Assembly (NCBI GenBank): GCA_965242695.1 | Contig: CBDESU010000001.1 | Span: forward strand, 800,001-864,000 | Length of the DNA stretch: 64,000 nt | Source: Cenarchaeum sp. | GTDB taxonomy: Archaea; Thermoproteota; Nitrososphaeria; Nitrososphaerales; Nitrosopumilaceae | Direction of reading: 5' to 3' | In this document: one piece after another, positions 1-10,229 of the stretch | How positions within the stretch are numbered: the first letter of the stretch is position 1 | Layout of the letters: each line of letters starts with the position of its first letter | Notes under the pieces: model-generated | What the model was told of the DNA's origin: nothing | The model's input: the letters and a program-made list of their open reading frames with translations, nothing else | Databases searched by the model: none | Translations under genes and position numbers: made by a program

Positions 1-19
1 AGGATCAGACGCGGCCGCC

Positions 20-796
20 GTGCTGTGGGACGCGGCCGCGGTCGCAATGGTGTGGGCGGCATCCATACGCGACCATGCGGCATGGATGGAAGTCAGGGGG
101 GCGTGGGCTACCATGGCAGAGGCTGTCGATGCAATGAGGACCGGAGCCGAGGAGTGCGGGCGGGCAGTAGATGCGCAGGGCATGGTGGACGCGGTCGCAC
201 TCGGCCGGGCCGGCGAGTCGCTCGGCCGGGCCGGCGCAATGATCGAGCGGGCCGCCGATGCGTTCGGCAGGTCGTCCGAACTGTGCGAGGCCGTTGGAGC
301 AAGGCAGAAGCGCGCAGGCGAGGCGCACGCGCGGGCGTCGAACATGGAGAACAGCGCGGATGCGTGCAGGATGGCGGCAATGTCGTACGAGCGCGCCGAC
401 TCGACGGCCAAGATGGTGGCCAAGGTGCGCGCCATTGCGGGAGGGCTGGCGAGGGAGGCCGGGGACATGGCGGCGGAGGCCGCAAGCGAGCATGAGGGGT
501 CTGGGCGCCGGATGCGGCGCGGCGAACGGAGCGGGCTGGCCGCCGTCCAGGCCGACATGTGGGAGGACACCAAGGACATGCGGGCAAACTCGGCCGAGAT
601 GCTCCGGCAGTCGTCGGAGGCCGTGAAGGTGGCGGCGCGGATTCGGGCGGTGGCTGGAATGGCGGCCGAGCGGCTGGCGGGAAGGGCGGCCATGGCATGC
701 AGGGACGGCGCCGCCGACGCGCAAGAGGCCGCTGCGGCATGGAGGGGTGCAGTGGCCGATGCCAACAGGGCGGATGCAGAGGGGGGAGGGAGGTAG
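20..796 (+). CDS. Ala/Trp-rich helical protein, family H subtype A (true start probably upstream of the window)
   Basis: Colinear with 894..1739 (VLWxAAAxAMxW, GMVD, LAAVQADMWED, AAxAWR); homology continues to the window edge. Confidence 0.7.
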   Translation: MLWDAAAVAMVWAASIRDHAAWMEVRGAWATMAEAVDAMRTGAEECGRAVDAQGMVDAVALGRAGESLGRAGAMIERAADAFGRSSELCEAVGARQKRAGEAHARASNMENSADACRMAAMSYERADSTAKMVAKVRAIAGGLAREAGDMAAEAASEHEGSGRRMRRGERSGLAAVQADMWEDTKDMRANSAEMLRQSSEAVKVAARIRAVAGMAAERLAGRAAMACRDGAADAQEAAAAWRGAVADANRADAEGGGR

Positions 797-859
797 CGGC
801 CTCGCCGCGGCCGCGCCCGTGGACTGCACGCGTGCCATGCGCAGCCGGGCATCCGATAG

Positions 860-871
860 AACGGCATAAAG
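860..871 (+). promoter_or_regulatory. Family H promoter (BRE/TATA-like AACGGCATAAAG)
   Basis: Same 12-mer at about 2279, 17217, 43536 and 44414, and a variant at 13905, each starting 34-37 nt before a start codon. Confidence 0.7.
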
Positions 872-893
872 GCGGCCCGGCGTGCCGCGCGGC

Positions 894-1739
894 ATGGGCG
901 GCGCGAGACCGGATGCGGAGGCGGCCAGCGTCCTGTGGACCGCGGCCGCCGATGCAATGCTATGGACGGCAATGATACGCGAGCACGCATCCTGGACGGA
1001 GCTCAAGGGGGCGTGGGCTGCAAAGTCCGAGGCCGTCGACGCCATGAAGGCCGGCTCTGAGGAGTGCGGCAGTGCCGTCGATGCGCAGGGCGTGGTCGAC
1101 GTCGGCGCGCTCGGCCGGGCCGCCGAGGCCCTGAGGCATGCCGCAGCCACGGCGGGCCGGGCCGCCAAGTCGTTCGACAGGGCGTCCGTTCTCTGCAAGG
1201 CGGCGGGAACAGAACTGAGGCGGGCCGGCGATGCGTACGCGCGGGCGCTCGACAGGGTGCGCGCCGCGGACATGCACGGCATGGCCGCAATGTCGCACGA
1301 CCGCGCCGTCGAGACGGACAGGATGGCGTCAAACGCGCGCGGCATTGCGGCGGGCCTTGCTCACGAGGCCGACGGGATGGCGGCGCTGGCGGCCGGATGG
1401 GCGGGTGCGGGGCAGCGGCGGTGGAGCGGCGACCGCGGCGGACTGGCGGCAGTGCAGGCCGACATGTGGGAGGACGCCAAGGAGATGCGCGCAGGCGCGG
1501 AAGAGATGAAGAGGAGCGCGCAAGAGGCCGAGCGGCTGGCGGTCAAGGTGCGTGGTGTGGCGGCAGGGGCGGCCGAGCGGTCTGCTGCAAGGGCTGCCGC
1601 CGCGGCGCGCGATGGACTTGCCGGACCTGACGCGCCAGAGGCCGCAGAGGCGTGGAGGAAGGCCATGTCCGAGGCCCATGCGGCCGATGACCAGGCCGCC
1701 GGGCGGACGAAGGAGGAGGAGGAGGAGGGGGAAGCGTAG
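894..1739 (+). CDS. Ala/Trp-rich helical protein, family H subtype A
   Basis: ATG 894 follows AACGGCATAAAG at 860-871; paralogue of 20..796 and 44451; acidic tail EEEEEGEA. Confidence 0.75.
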   Translation: MGGARPDAEAASVLWTAAADAMLWTAMIREHASWTELKGAWAAKSEAVDAMKAGSEECGSAVDAQGVVDVGALGRAAEALRHAAATAGRAAKSFDRASVLCKAAGTELRRAGDAYARALDRVRAADMHGMAAMSHDRAVETDRMASNARGIAAGLAHEADGMAALAAGWAGAGQRRWSGDRGGLAAVQADMWEDAKEMRAGAEEMKRSAQEAERLAVKVRGVAAGAAERSAARAAAAARDGLAGPDAPEAAEAWRKAMSEAHAADDQAAGRTKEEEEEGEA

Positions 1740-1789
1740 CGGATGCGGGCTGCGATGGCGGCGGGGGCGGCGGCGGCGCGGCCGGCCGC

Positions 1790-2131
1790 CAGCTGCCGAT
1801 AGCAAGGGTGCGGCAGGCCGAAACTATCCGGCGTATCCAGAGCGCCCAGAACGTCGAGCATCCCGGACGCGTCCACGGCGGCCCCTGCCAGATGCGCGAC
1901 GGCGGCCGCCCGGTCGTCGCCCGTGCGGCCGTACAGCGACGCGACGATGCTCGCCCGCTCGTACTCGGCTGGCGTTTTGCCGACGCGCCCGCCGGTCTGC
2001 CCTGCCACCCTGTCGATCCGGTTCGACACGGCCGGATCGGAATTGCCCGCTGCATCAATGCCGAGGGCGGGGCCGGCGCTGCCGCCGACGGCGCCTCAGA
2101 CGATCAGGGCTAGCACGACCGCCACGTTCAC
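1790..2131 (-). pseudogene. Possible remnant of a membrane/secreted protein gene
   Basis: Frame reads VNVAVVLALIV*GAVGG...SNRIDRVAG...MLDVLGALD with an internal stop; T-rich box at about 2175. Confidence 0.25.
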
Positions 2132-2313
2132 GCCTTCACACCGTCGACTACCACGCGTCCATAGGCAGGGCGCATAAAAAAACGGCCGAGGGACTGTGCG
2201 CAATCCGGATCGGCCGCCGATGCCGCCCCGGATTCGACAATCGGGCGCACTGGGGCGATGCGGACGCGCGCCGCACCGAACGGCATAAAGGCGGGCGCGC
2301 GAGGCGCAGCGGC

Positions 2314-3138
2314 GTGGAGAGTAGCGGCCGGAACGAGCACAAGGCGGAGGACGTATGGGCCGCGGCCGGAATGGAGCACGCAAGGGCCGCGGCCATGCAC
2401 CAGTGCGCCACGCTCGATGCCTGCCGCCACTCGTGGGCGGCAAGGGTGGACGGCGGCGGCGCGCTGGGGGATGCGGCCGGCGCAAACGGCAGGATCGTGG
2501 GCGGGGAGGGCAACACGGTCAGCAGGAGCGCGATAGCCGAGACCGGCGCGGCGATGCAGCGGGCCGTGGACGCGCTGGACAGGGCCGCCGTAGAGTTCGG
2601 CCTGGCGGCCAGGCTGTCCGGCATGTCCGCCGACGGGTGGCGCATGGCCGAGAATGCCTTTGCCCGCGCTGGGAACGGCGAGTGGAGGCGGATTGCGCGC
2701 GGGCGATCGAGCGAGGCCCGAAAGATGGCAAAGACGCTCAACACATGGGCGGAAAGGTCGCGCTCGGCGGCCGGCACGCTCGGGCAGTCGGCGCGCGGGT
2801 GGGTGGACGACACGGCCGACTGGGAGGATGGCGCCGAGATGGAAGGCGGCGCAGGCAGGTGGATGGAAAGGCAGGGCCAACTGCAGGCCGTTGCCGACAG
2901 GGAGCGGGGGCATGCGGAGGAGATGGCGCGGGAGACGAACGGGGCCGCGCGGGTGGCCGCCGAAGACCTGGCGCGGATCGCGATCGAGGCCGGGCGTCGC
3001 ACGGCCAGTGTGGAGTGGGCGGATGCGGCTGCGCGCGCCGAGGATAGAGGCCGTGCCGGAACGGGCGCGCTGCGCGAGGCCGCGGACGCGCTCAAGGATG
3101 CGATGGATGCGGCCCGGCAGGCCGAAAGGGGCCGGTAG
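2314..3138 (+). CDS. Ala/Trp-rich helical protein, family H subtype B1
   Basis: GTG 2314 after the AACGGCATAAAG box; closely colinear with 17251..18060 (DVWAAAGMEHARAAA). Confidence 0.75.
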   Translation: MESSGRNEHKAEDVWAAAGMEHARAAAMHQCATLDACRHSWAARVDGGGALGDAAGANGRIVGGEGNTVSRSAIAETGAAMQRAVDALDRAAVEFGLAARLSGMSADGWRMAENAFARAGNGEWRRIARGRSSEARKMAKTLNTWAERSRSAAGTLGQSARGWVDDTADWEDGAEMEGGAGRWMERQGQLQAVADRERGHAEEMARETNGAARVAAEDLARIAIEAGRRTASVEWADAAARAEDRGRAGTGALREAADALKDAMDAARQAERGR

Positions 3139-3154
3139 GCGGGGGCGATTTGGC

Positions 3155-3964
3155 GTGGGCAGGGGCGACGGCAGGACGGAGGGCGGCGACGGCGAGGACG
3201 ACGTGGCGGACGTGTGGGGCGCGGCCGGAATGGAGCATGCAAGGGCCGCGTCTGCCCGCCAGTGCGCGGCCATCGATGCGTGCCGGCTTGCATGGGAGGC
3301 GGAGGCCGAGTCGGGCAGCGCGCTGCGCGAGCTGGTGGGCGCAAACGACGAGATTGTCGCCGGCCCAGGCGGGAGCATACGCAGGGGGCCGATCGCGGAT
3401 GCGGCCGCCGCGCTGCGGCGTACCATAGATGCGATCGAGCGGGCCGCCGTAGAGTTCAGCCAGGCCTCAAAGCTGTCCGATGCTGCGGCGGACGGATGGG
3501 AGCGGGCCGCCAAGGCGCTTGGCACGGCGGGGCTGGCCGACAGGGCCGGCGCCGCGCGCTCGCGCGCCGGCGAGGCGCGCGAGATGGCGCGCGGAATGGA
3601 CGGGCATGCGAAGCGGTCCCGCGCGTCGGCCGCAACGTTCGGGCAGGCGGCGGACAAGTGGGTGGCGAACTCGGCCGAATGGGAGGACGGGGACGTGGTG
3701 GCCAGCGGCACCGACGGCTGGAAGGAAAGGCGCGGCGGGGCGCTGGATATAGCGGAAGGCAGGCGGAAAATGGCCGAGGAGATGGAGGAGCGCACGCGGA
3801 ACGCGGCGCGGATGGCCGAGGAAGAGTCTGCGCAGCTGAACGCCAATGCGGAGGTGCTCACGGCCGCGGCAGTTGCCTGGCTGGAGGGGCGGGACGAGCC
3901 GGAGGCGAAGGCGGCGCTCAAGGAGGGGATGGCGGCGGCCGTGCGGGCCGCGCGGGACAGGTAG
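3155..3964 (+). CDS. Ala/Trp-rich helical protein, family H subtype B2
   Basis: Colinear with 18068..18880 (VWxAAGMExARAASARQCAAIDAC); start inferred by comparison. Confidence 0.72.
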   Translation: MGRGDGRTEGGDGEDDVADVWGAAGMEHARAASARQCAAIDACRLAWEAEAESGSALRELVGANDEIVAGPGGSIRRGPIADAAAALRRTIDAIERAAVEFSQASKLSDAAADGWERAAKALGTAGLADRAGAARSRAGEAREMARGMDGHAKRSRASAATFGQAADKWVANSAEWEDGDVVASGTDGWKERRGGALDIAEGRRKMAEEMEERTRNAARMAEEESAQLNANAEVLTAAAVAWLEGRDEPEAKAALKEGMAAAVRAARDR

Positions 3965-4209
3965 CGTGGCGCCACATGAGGCCTTGGCGGACGGTCCCGT
4001 ATTCGCCGCGCGCCGGCCGGCTGTATCGCCTCGCCGCCTTGATGGGCATGGACGACTTGAACGCATGGCGGCACCGGCGATCGCCGTCTGCCCCGCCATT
4101 GCCTGCATTAGTGCGGTTGCCATTCTCCATGCCCTGGTTCGGGGCAGAGGCCGAGGCGTCTGAATGGCGACCCGTCAAAAAGTTGCCCTGAGGGTACGAG
4201 CGTACGGGC

Positions 4210-4672
4210 ATGGCCGCGGGCGGCCGTATGGCCTCGTTCGCCGCCGTCGTGCCGCCGGTGGATGCCGCATCCCTTGCGGCCCAGGCCGAGGTCGCCGAGT
4301 GCCTGGCTGTCGAGGCAAGCGGCTGGCAGGCGCGTGGGCGCCAGACGTGGGCAGTCGCGCGGGCACGCGCCGCCAGCGTACGTGGTCGGACTGGAGCGCA
4401 TGATCGCGGCCGGGACGGACAGCGCGCATGCGATGGATGCCTGGGCGGATGCCGTCGGGCAGGCGGCGGCCGTCGGGCAGGCGGCGGCCGGCGAGGCGGT
4501 ACTCGGGGACGCGGAGCGCACCATGGCGGATGCAAGGGCGGCCGCACACGAGGCCATTGCATCGATTCAGGCCGGGCAGCGCGTCGTGGCGACCGACCGG
4601 CAGGTCCCGAGCATTGCCACGGGGAGCAGGCTGGCCCCCGTGCTGTCCGGCGAGGGGACGGAGTGCTATTGA
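4210..4672 (+). pseudogene. Frameshifted Ala-rich hypothetical gene
   Basis: Protein-like sequence switches from the 4210 frame to the 4262 frame near 4360. Confidence 0.3.
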
Positions 4673-4732
4673 CGGGCACGGGGCAGCCCGACACGTTTAT
4701 GACTTCTAGGGGGCCGCCTGCGGCGACTGGAT

Positions 4733-4987
4733 ATGGGCATCCTGACCATCTGCGTCTTTGTCGTCGGCGCCGTGATCGGGCATCTTTATGTCACGTCCCA
4801 TATCCTGGGCTATTTTGGGATCATAACAGATGCCGTCGACTGTGGTTCTATAGACGATCCGGCGTGGAGCGACCAGTGCGGCCAAGGAAACGCGATTACG
4901 CGCATGCTCATCCCCATCATCGTTCCGGTGTTGACGGGCGCGATACTTGCATCCGTCGCTCGCATGCTTACCGGGCGGAGACTATGA
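4733..4987 (+). CDS. Small 2-TM membrane protein with a Cys-x10-Cys loop
   Basis: Two hydrophobic segments flank DCGSIDDPAWSDQC; TTTAT box at about 4697; paralogue at 19226. Confidence 0.65.
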   Translation: MGILTICVFVVGAVIGHLYVTSHILGYFGIITDAVDCGSIDDPAWSDQCGQGNAITRMLIPIIVPVLTGAILASVARMLTGRRL

Positions 4988-5077
4988 GCAAGGCAAGGCG
5001 ACCGACAGGGGTGGCGCACGGCGCTGTAGCGCGGGCGGACATGGCGGGCGCCGCTCTGATACACTAGGCAAGCTACG

Positions 5078-5800
5078 ATGTGGTTGACACCCGAAGACGC
5101 CGCGCCGAGGCAGTTTGGACTCTACGTTGAGACCGTGCTGGACGACCGGGAAACATGCCACGCGATCAGGGATGTCGACAGACCTGCTCGCCGAGTACGG
5201 CGAGGTCGGCGTCGACCCCGGGTTCAAGCCGGCCAAGTACAGGGTAGCAAGGCCGACTGCTACGGGGCGCAGGGATGAGGCCTACACGGTAAACGTGTAC
5301 CCGTCGGGCAAGGTCGTGTGCCGGGGGGCAAAGTCTGTCGAGAGGGCCCGCACGGACGTGAGGATGGTTCTGCATAGGCTCGGCGTGCCGGAGGGGGGAA
5401 CCACGGCGATGCGGAGGGGGCCGCAGCCGTGCGGTACGTGGTGATGTCGGGATGCATCTTTGGCGAATGACGTGCACAGGGCCATACCAAAGCTCAGGGA
5501 GAGGTACGAGGTGACGCTCGACTCGGAGGTGTTCTCGGGGTATGTGGGGTCGAGGGGTTTGGAGGGGAAGAGGATGGAGGCGTCTCCGTCCAGGTATTCG
5601 CGCCTGATATGGGCGATGCGGATACGGCGTGCGAAGGCGGAAGGATGCCGCTGCTGTGCAGGGGGCCGACCGTGCGGGAGGTGAGCAGGGTCGTCGGCGA
5701 CATGTACAGGGCGATTGTACAGTCCGACCGCAGGCCGGGCGGGGAGGGAGCCGGTGATGCGGCGGACCGCAGGGACGACATGCGGCCGCCGAGCGTATAA
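5078..5800 (+). pseudogene. Divergent TATA-binding-protein (TBP)-like gene with several frameshifts
   Basis: VNVYPSGKVVCRGAKSVERA resembles TBP LIFxSGKxVCxGAKS; a second repeat (YVVMSG...LDSEVFSG...LLCRGPTVREVSRVV) is spread over different frames. Confidence 0.55.
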
Positions 5801-5824
5801 GAAGCGCCACCTGAACGGTCCAGT

Positions 5825-6712
5825 ATGGCGGGCGGACCGCAGGCGCGGCCCGACAGTAGCAGCAGGAGGAAGAGCATGGCGGACGACAATGCGGCAATGT
5901 ACGCGTACGCGGCGGCCGTAAAGTCACTGTCGCGCCTGGTCGAGAGGTCGGAAGTAGCCGTGGATGCATGGTCGACACTGGCCAAGTCGACGTTCGACAC
6001 CGGCCTGCGCAAGGCCGCCAACGCCGCATCGGAAAGCAGCGCCGAGCGAAAGGGGGCCTGCGAGACCCTGCTGGAAGGGTGCCGGCTTGACGGCGATGGC
6101 CTGTACGAGGTGTTTCCGGGCATGTGGACCGGCGAGATTGCCGCGGGGGCCGAGGGCATGGCAGCCCTGGCCAGCCGCGCAGCGGCCAGGTGGTCTGCGA
6201 GGGGCGCGCTGCTCTCGGCGTCGACCGAGCCGCCCGTGCTCGCAGAGATGTCGGTCTCGAAGGCCTGGCGGGGGTTTGCCAAAAAGGTGGCGGCCGCGGA
6301 GAGGGCGGCGGAGGGAACCGAACTCGAGGCAAGGCCGGTCGACGAGCTGGCGGCCGCGGCGGCGCGCGGGGCAGAGCGCTTGGCGCGGGCGAGGGGTCCA
6401 TTTAGCGTAGAGGAGGTTGACGCCGCTGCCGGCGTGGACGGCCATGGGGGCGGTACGGGCGGGTTGGCTGATGTGGTTGCGGCGACGGCAGGGAGGCGGG
6501 CGGCCGCTGATGCGAGGGATCGTGCGGCAAGGGAGGCGGCGGAGTCGAAGGCGTTGTTGCGGGACGCTGTAGACGTGTGGATGGAGGCGTCTGCGGAATG
6601 GGCAAGGGCGCGCGACAGGGCCGCGAGAGAGGGCGACAAGGAGGTCGCCAGCATGGCGGATGAGCAGGCCGCATACGCCGGCAAGAATGCCGCTCGCCTG
6701 CGGACTGCCTAG
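5825..6712 (+). CDS. Ala-rich helical protein, family D
   Basis: TATAAG at about 5796; shares AAxKSLxRLV, CxLD, PGxW, AGAEGMAALA and ARLRTA with 6783 and 26366. Confidence 0.72.
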   Translation: MAGGPQARPDSSSRRKSMADDNAAMYAYAAAVKSLSRLVERSEVAVDAWSTLAKSTFDTGLRKAANAASESSAERKGACETLLEGCRLDGDGLYEVFPGMWTGEIAAGAEGMAALASRAAARWSARGALLSASTEPPVLAEMSVSKAWRGFAKKVAAAERAAEGTELEARPVDELAAAAARGAERLARARGPFSVEEVDAAAGVDGHGGGTGGLADVVAATAGRRAAADARDRAAREAAESKALLRDAVDVWMEASAEWARARDRAAREGDKEVASMADEQAAYAGKNAARLRTA

Positions 6713-6782
6713 CATCGCTCCGCGTCCAGGCCGGCCGCCATACGCCGCGAGCGATTAAAAATCGCAGTGCGGGCGGCCATGT

Positions 6783-7661
6783 ATGGCTGGAAGGACGTCG
6801 GCGGGGCGGCGCGGGCGCCGGCAGCAGAGGAAGAGGCCGGCACACGACAGGGCGGTGGCTAGGCACAGCGCGGCCGCAAAGTCGCTGATCCGCCTGGTCA
6901 GGATGGCTAGAACCGCCGCATCCATGTGGTCGCACATGGACGAGCTTGCGATTGACGAGGCAGGCCGCGAGGCGGCGGTAAAAATGTCGACGGGCAGCGC
7001 AGACCGCAGGGAGATGGCCGAGGGCCTGCTGAAGGCGTGTTGCCTTGATGTCACGGGCAGCTACGAGATGGTTCCGGGCGTGTGGCGGGACGATATTGCG
7101 GCGGGGGCCGAGGGCATGGCGGCCCTGGCCAACATGGCCGCGGCGAGGTGGTGCGCGAACGGGGGCATGGCGAGCGCGTCGACGGCGAGCGTTGTGTTTG
7201 CCGAGCTGTCGGCATCGGGCGCATGGACGGACTTTGCCGCAAAGGTGGCCGCCGCCGAGCGCGCGGCGCTCGGAACCGCGCTGGATGCAAGGCCGGTGGC
7301 CGAGCGGGCCGCGGCGGCGGCAAGGCACGCCGAACGATCCGTGCCGACGCTGCCGCGGGAGGAGAGCGTGGGCGGCGGGGCGGCAGCGGCTGTTGGCGCA
7401 ATGGGGACGGGGGCGTCGAGCGGGCGGGCCGCAGAGGCTGGCAGGCGGGCCGCGGCCGCCGTGCGGGATCTATCGGTCGGGGCCGTCGAGAGGGCCGCAA
7501 TGGCGCGGCGCGATGCGGCCGGCGTGTGGGCGGAATCTTCCGCACTGTGGTCGAGGGTGCGCAGGGATGCCGCAAGGGAGGGCGATGCGGCCGCTGAGGC
7601 TCTGGCCAGCGTGCAGGCAAGGACGGCTAAAGAGCATGCGACGCGCCTGAGGACTGCCTAG
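6783..7661 (+). CDS. Ala-rich helical protein, family D
   Basis: ATTAAAAA at about 6754; colinear with 26366..27241. Confidence 0.75.
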   Translation: MAGRTSAGRRGRRQQRKRPAHDRAVARHSAAAKSLIRLVRMARTAASMWSHMDELAIDEAGREAAVKMSTGSADRREMAEGLLKACCLDVTGSYEMVPGVWRDDIAAGAEGMAALANMAAARWCANGGMASASTASVVFAELSASGAWTDFAAKVAAAERAALGTALDARPVAERAAAAARHAERSVPTLPREESVGGGAAAAVGAMGTGASSGRAAEAGRRAAAAVRDLSVGAVERAAMARRDAAGVWAESSALWSRVRRDAAREGDAAAEALASVQARTAKEHATRLRTA

Positions 7662-8028
7662 CCGGATTGCCGCGGCGGCTGATTGGCGGCCAGCTTGGGA
7701 GCTGGCGGCAGGAGCGGCGGTGTCGCGGTTATGGCGCCTGCCGGTACGACGATCTTGGCCCGGCCGCGCCTTATATACGGCCCTGATATTGCCGCCAATG
7801 AATGATCCACGTGATAACGCGGACGAGGCGCGCCGCCGGATGCCGCTCGGTCGAGTGCCGCGCAGACGCCGCGCGGCGTACCCGGCGCAGGATCGGCGCC
7901 GATCTAGGGAAGCGCGCCATTGCGGCGGCGCACGCGAGGGCGCGGCGCTCCGCCCGCAGGGGCGGGGAGGCCGGGTGGTGCAGGCGCATCCGCCCTCGGC
8001 CCGCCCACTCGGGCACATGCGGCCGCCC

Positions 8029-8040
8029 GCCAGCCTTATA
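8029..8040 (+). promoter_or_regulatory. Family Z promoter GCCAG(C/T)CTTATA
   Basis: Recurs about 25 nt before the ATG at about 9401, 10194, 12880, 27485, 37226, 45288 and 46077, and on the minus strand at about 37619-37630. Confidence 0.75.
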
Positions 8041-8064
8041 GCCGGCAACCCAAGACGCGCCGCG

Positions 8065-8760
8065 ATGTCGGATCGCGCCACCTGCAGGGTATGCGGACGC
8101 GACTTTGCGCCGTACGGCCGCCGCCGCCGCGTCTACTGCAAGAAGTGCGCCGCAAAGGCCGACAAGGCGATCGTCCTGGACCCGGTCGTGAAATGCAGGG
8201 AATGCGGCCGCAAGTTTTCCGCGCCCAGCCGATCGTTCCGCCACTGCTCCGATGCCTGCCGCGCAGAAGGCGCGCGGCGCTACAACCGCGAGTACATGCG
8301 CAGGTACCTGACCGACCCCCAGAAGCGCGCCACGGCCCTGGCGCGCAACAGGGCATCGGCGGCGGCGCGCGCGGCCCGCAAGAGGGGCGGGAGGCCGCCG
8401 CAGAAGCAGGCGCTGCCCCGCGCGGACCCGAACGCCGAGCCGTCCGTGTGCGGGCTGTGCGGCCGCACGTTCGTGCAGTACGGCCGCGGCGTCCACGCCC
8501 ACTGCAAGCGGTGCACGGCCAGGGCCGATCGGGAGGTCGACAAGCCGCCGCACACAAAGTGCAAGGAATGCGGCAAGGCGCTCACCACGACCAGCCGCCG
8601 AGTCCGCTACTGCTCAAAGGCGTGCAGCGCCGAGGGCCTGCGGCGCAGCCGCCGCGAGAGCAGGCGCAGGATCAAGGCCGATCCGGAGAAGGGCGCCCTG
8701 GCGGCGGCGCACAGGCGGGCGCGGAATGCCGCCCGCGGGGGCAAGGATGCGGGAGGGTGA
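8065..8760 (+). CDS. Basic tandem zinc-finger protein, family Z
   Basis: Two units of CxxC..CxxC plus CxxC..CSxxC; GCCAGCCTTATA at 8029-8040. Confidence 0.8.
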   Translation: MSDRATCRVCGRDFAPYGRRRRVYCKKCAAKADKAIVLDPVVKCRECGRKFSAPSRSFRHCSDACRAEGARRYNREYMRRYLTDPQKRATALARNRASAAARAARKRGGRPPQKQALPRADPNAEPSVCGLCGRTFVQYGRGVHAHCKRCTARADREVDKPPHTKCKECGKALTTTSRRVRYCSKACSAEGLRRSRRESRRRIKADPEKGALAAAHRRARNAARGGKDAGG

Positions 8761-8861
8761 TGCGGGCGGCGCCCGCGGATCGCATCTTCCGCCCGCGCCT
8801 TCCGACAGGGCCAAAAACGGCCCTGTGCGCCTGCTCGCAATGGCGGATCGGCACGGCGGGG

Positions 8862-9330
8862 ATGCGCCCAAGCTGGGAGGAGGCTGGAGATGAGCGTCAT
8901 GGGTGCGATCAGCACCAGTCTCCACTGCGCGTCGCAACTGCTCAGGCCGTACTTGGATGCCCAGAGGGCCGTCGAGTCGCGCGGCGGCTGCGTGGAACGG
9001 CCGGACGAGGCCAAGAGCCTCCTGGCAGTGCTCAACCCGTTGAGCTACCACCTCAGGGGCAAGACCTACTTTGCCCTGGGCGTCAACGGCGAGGAAATGT
9101 CCGAGTTTCTGCGCCTCCGCACCGCGAAGGCTGGCCGGACGTAAGAGAAGGCATACTGTCCATCGAGGCCAGGCTCGGGGATGGCGCGGGCGGCCGGGCT
9201 GTGCTATCCGGCGAGGACCTGTCGATCCTCGGCGGCGTATCCGATGCCCTTGACAGCGTGTGCGCGTCCCTGTTCAGCGAGATGCGCGGGCGATGCGCTC
9301 CCGCTGCGTGGGATGCGCTATCCGCGAGCG
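8862..9330 (+). pseudogene. Frameshifted hypothetical gene between Z copies
   Basis: MSVMGAISTSLH...EFLRLR continues in another frame as EGWPDVREGILSIEARL...SLFSEMRG. Confidence 0.4.
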
Positions 9331-9436
9331 GATCGGCAGGGCCGAGTAGCCAGTGGCCGAAATCCCGGGCGGCCGGCGGCGCGCCCCGCAGGGCCGGCTA
9401 GCCAGCCTTATATCCGTCAACTCGATGCGCGGCGCG

Positions 9437-10135
9437 ATGCCGGGGCCCGCCGCATGCCTGCTGTGCGGGCGCATCTTTGAGCGGCATGGACGCGGCGGCC
9501 TGCGCGCGTACTGCAAGCGGTGCACCGCCAGGGCCGACAGGGAGATCGCCGTGAGGCCTGTCGTGCAATGCGGGGAGTGCGGCAGCGAGTTTTCCGCGCC
9601 CCGCCGATCGTTCCGCTACTGCTCCGATGCCTGCCGCACCGAGGCCGCGCGCCGCCGCAACCTCGAGCACCAGCGCAAGTACATGGCCGACCCCGAGAAG
9701 CGCGCCATAACCGCGGCGCGGGCGAGGGCCGCAGCGGCGGCCCGCGCGGCCCGCAAGGGGGGAGGGGGGCCGCCGCCGCGGCGGCGGCCGCCTCGCGCGG
9801 ACTCGAGCGCCGAGCCGTCCGTATGCCGGCTGTGCGGGCGCAGCTTTGGGCAGCACGGCCGCGGCCTGCGCGCGTACTGCAAGCGGTGCACCGCCAGGGC
9901 CGACAGGGAGGCGGGCAGGACGCTGCGCGCAAAGTGCAAGGAGTGCGGCAAGGCGTTTTCCACTGCCCGCCGCTCCGTACGCTACTGCTCGGACGGGTGC
10001 AGCGCCGAGGGCCTGCGGCGCAGCTACCGCGAGAGCAAGCGCAGGATCAAGGCCGATCCGGAAAAGCGCGCCCTGGCCGCGGCGCAGGGGAGGGCATGGA
10101 GCGCGGCCCACAGGGGCAGGAAGGCGGGAGGGTGA
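9437..10135 (+). CDS. Basic tandem zinc-finger protein, family Z
   Basis: 16 conserved Cys, RYCSDxC, DPEKRA; conserved promoter. Confidence 0.8.
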   Translation: MPGPAACLLCGRIFERHGRGGLRAYCKRCTARADREIAVRPVVQCGECGSEFSAPRRSFRYCSDACRTEAARRRNLEHQRKYMADPEKRAITAARARAAAAARAARKGGGGPPPRRRPPRADSSAEPSVCRLCGRSFGQHGRGLRAYCKRCTARADREAGRTLRAKCKECGKAFSTARRSVRYCSDGCSAEGLRRSYRESKRRIKADPEKRALAAAQGRAWSAAHRGRKAGG

Positions 10136-10229
10136 CGCGGGCGGCGCCCGCGGATCGCATCCTCGGCCGGCGTACGCGCCCGGCGGCCGGCCCGCCAGCC
10201 TTATAGCCGCGCATTTGATGCGCGGCGCG

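Noticed and set aside
7770-8030. TATA-like box at about 7771 implying a longer first Z gene
   Set aside because: The extension is not homologous to other Z copies, which all start at the position matching 8065
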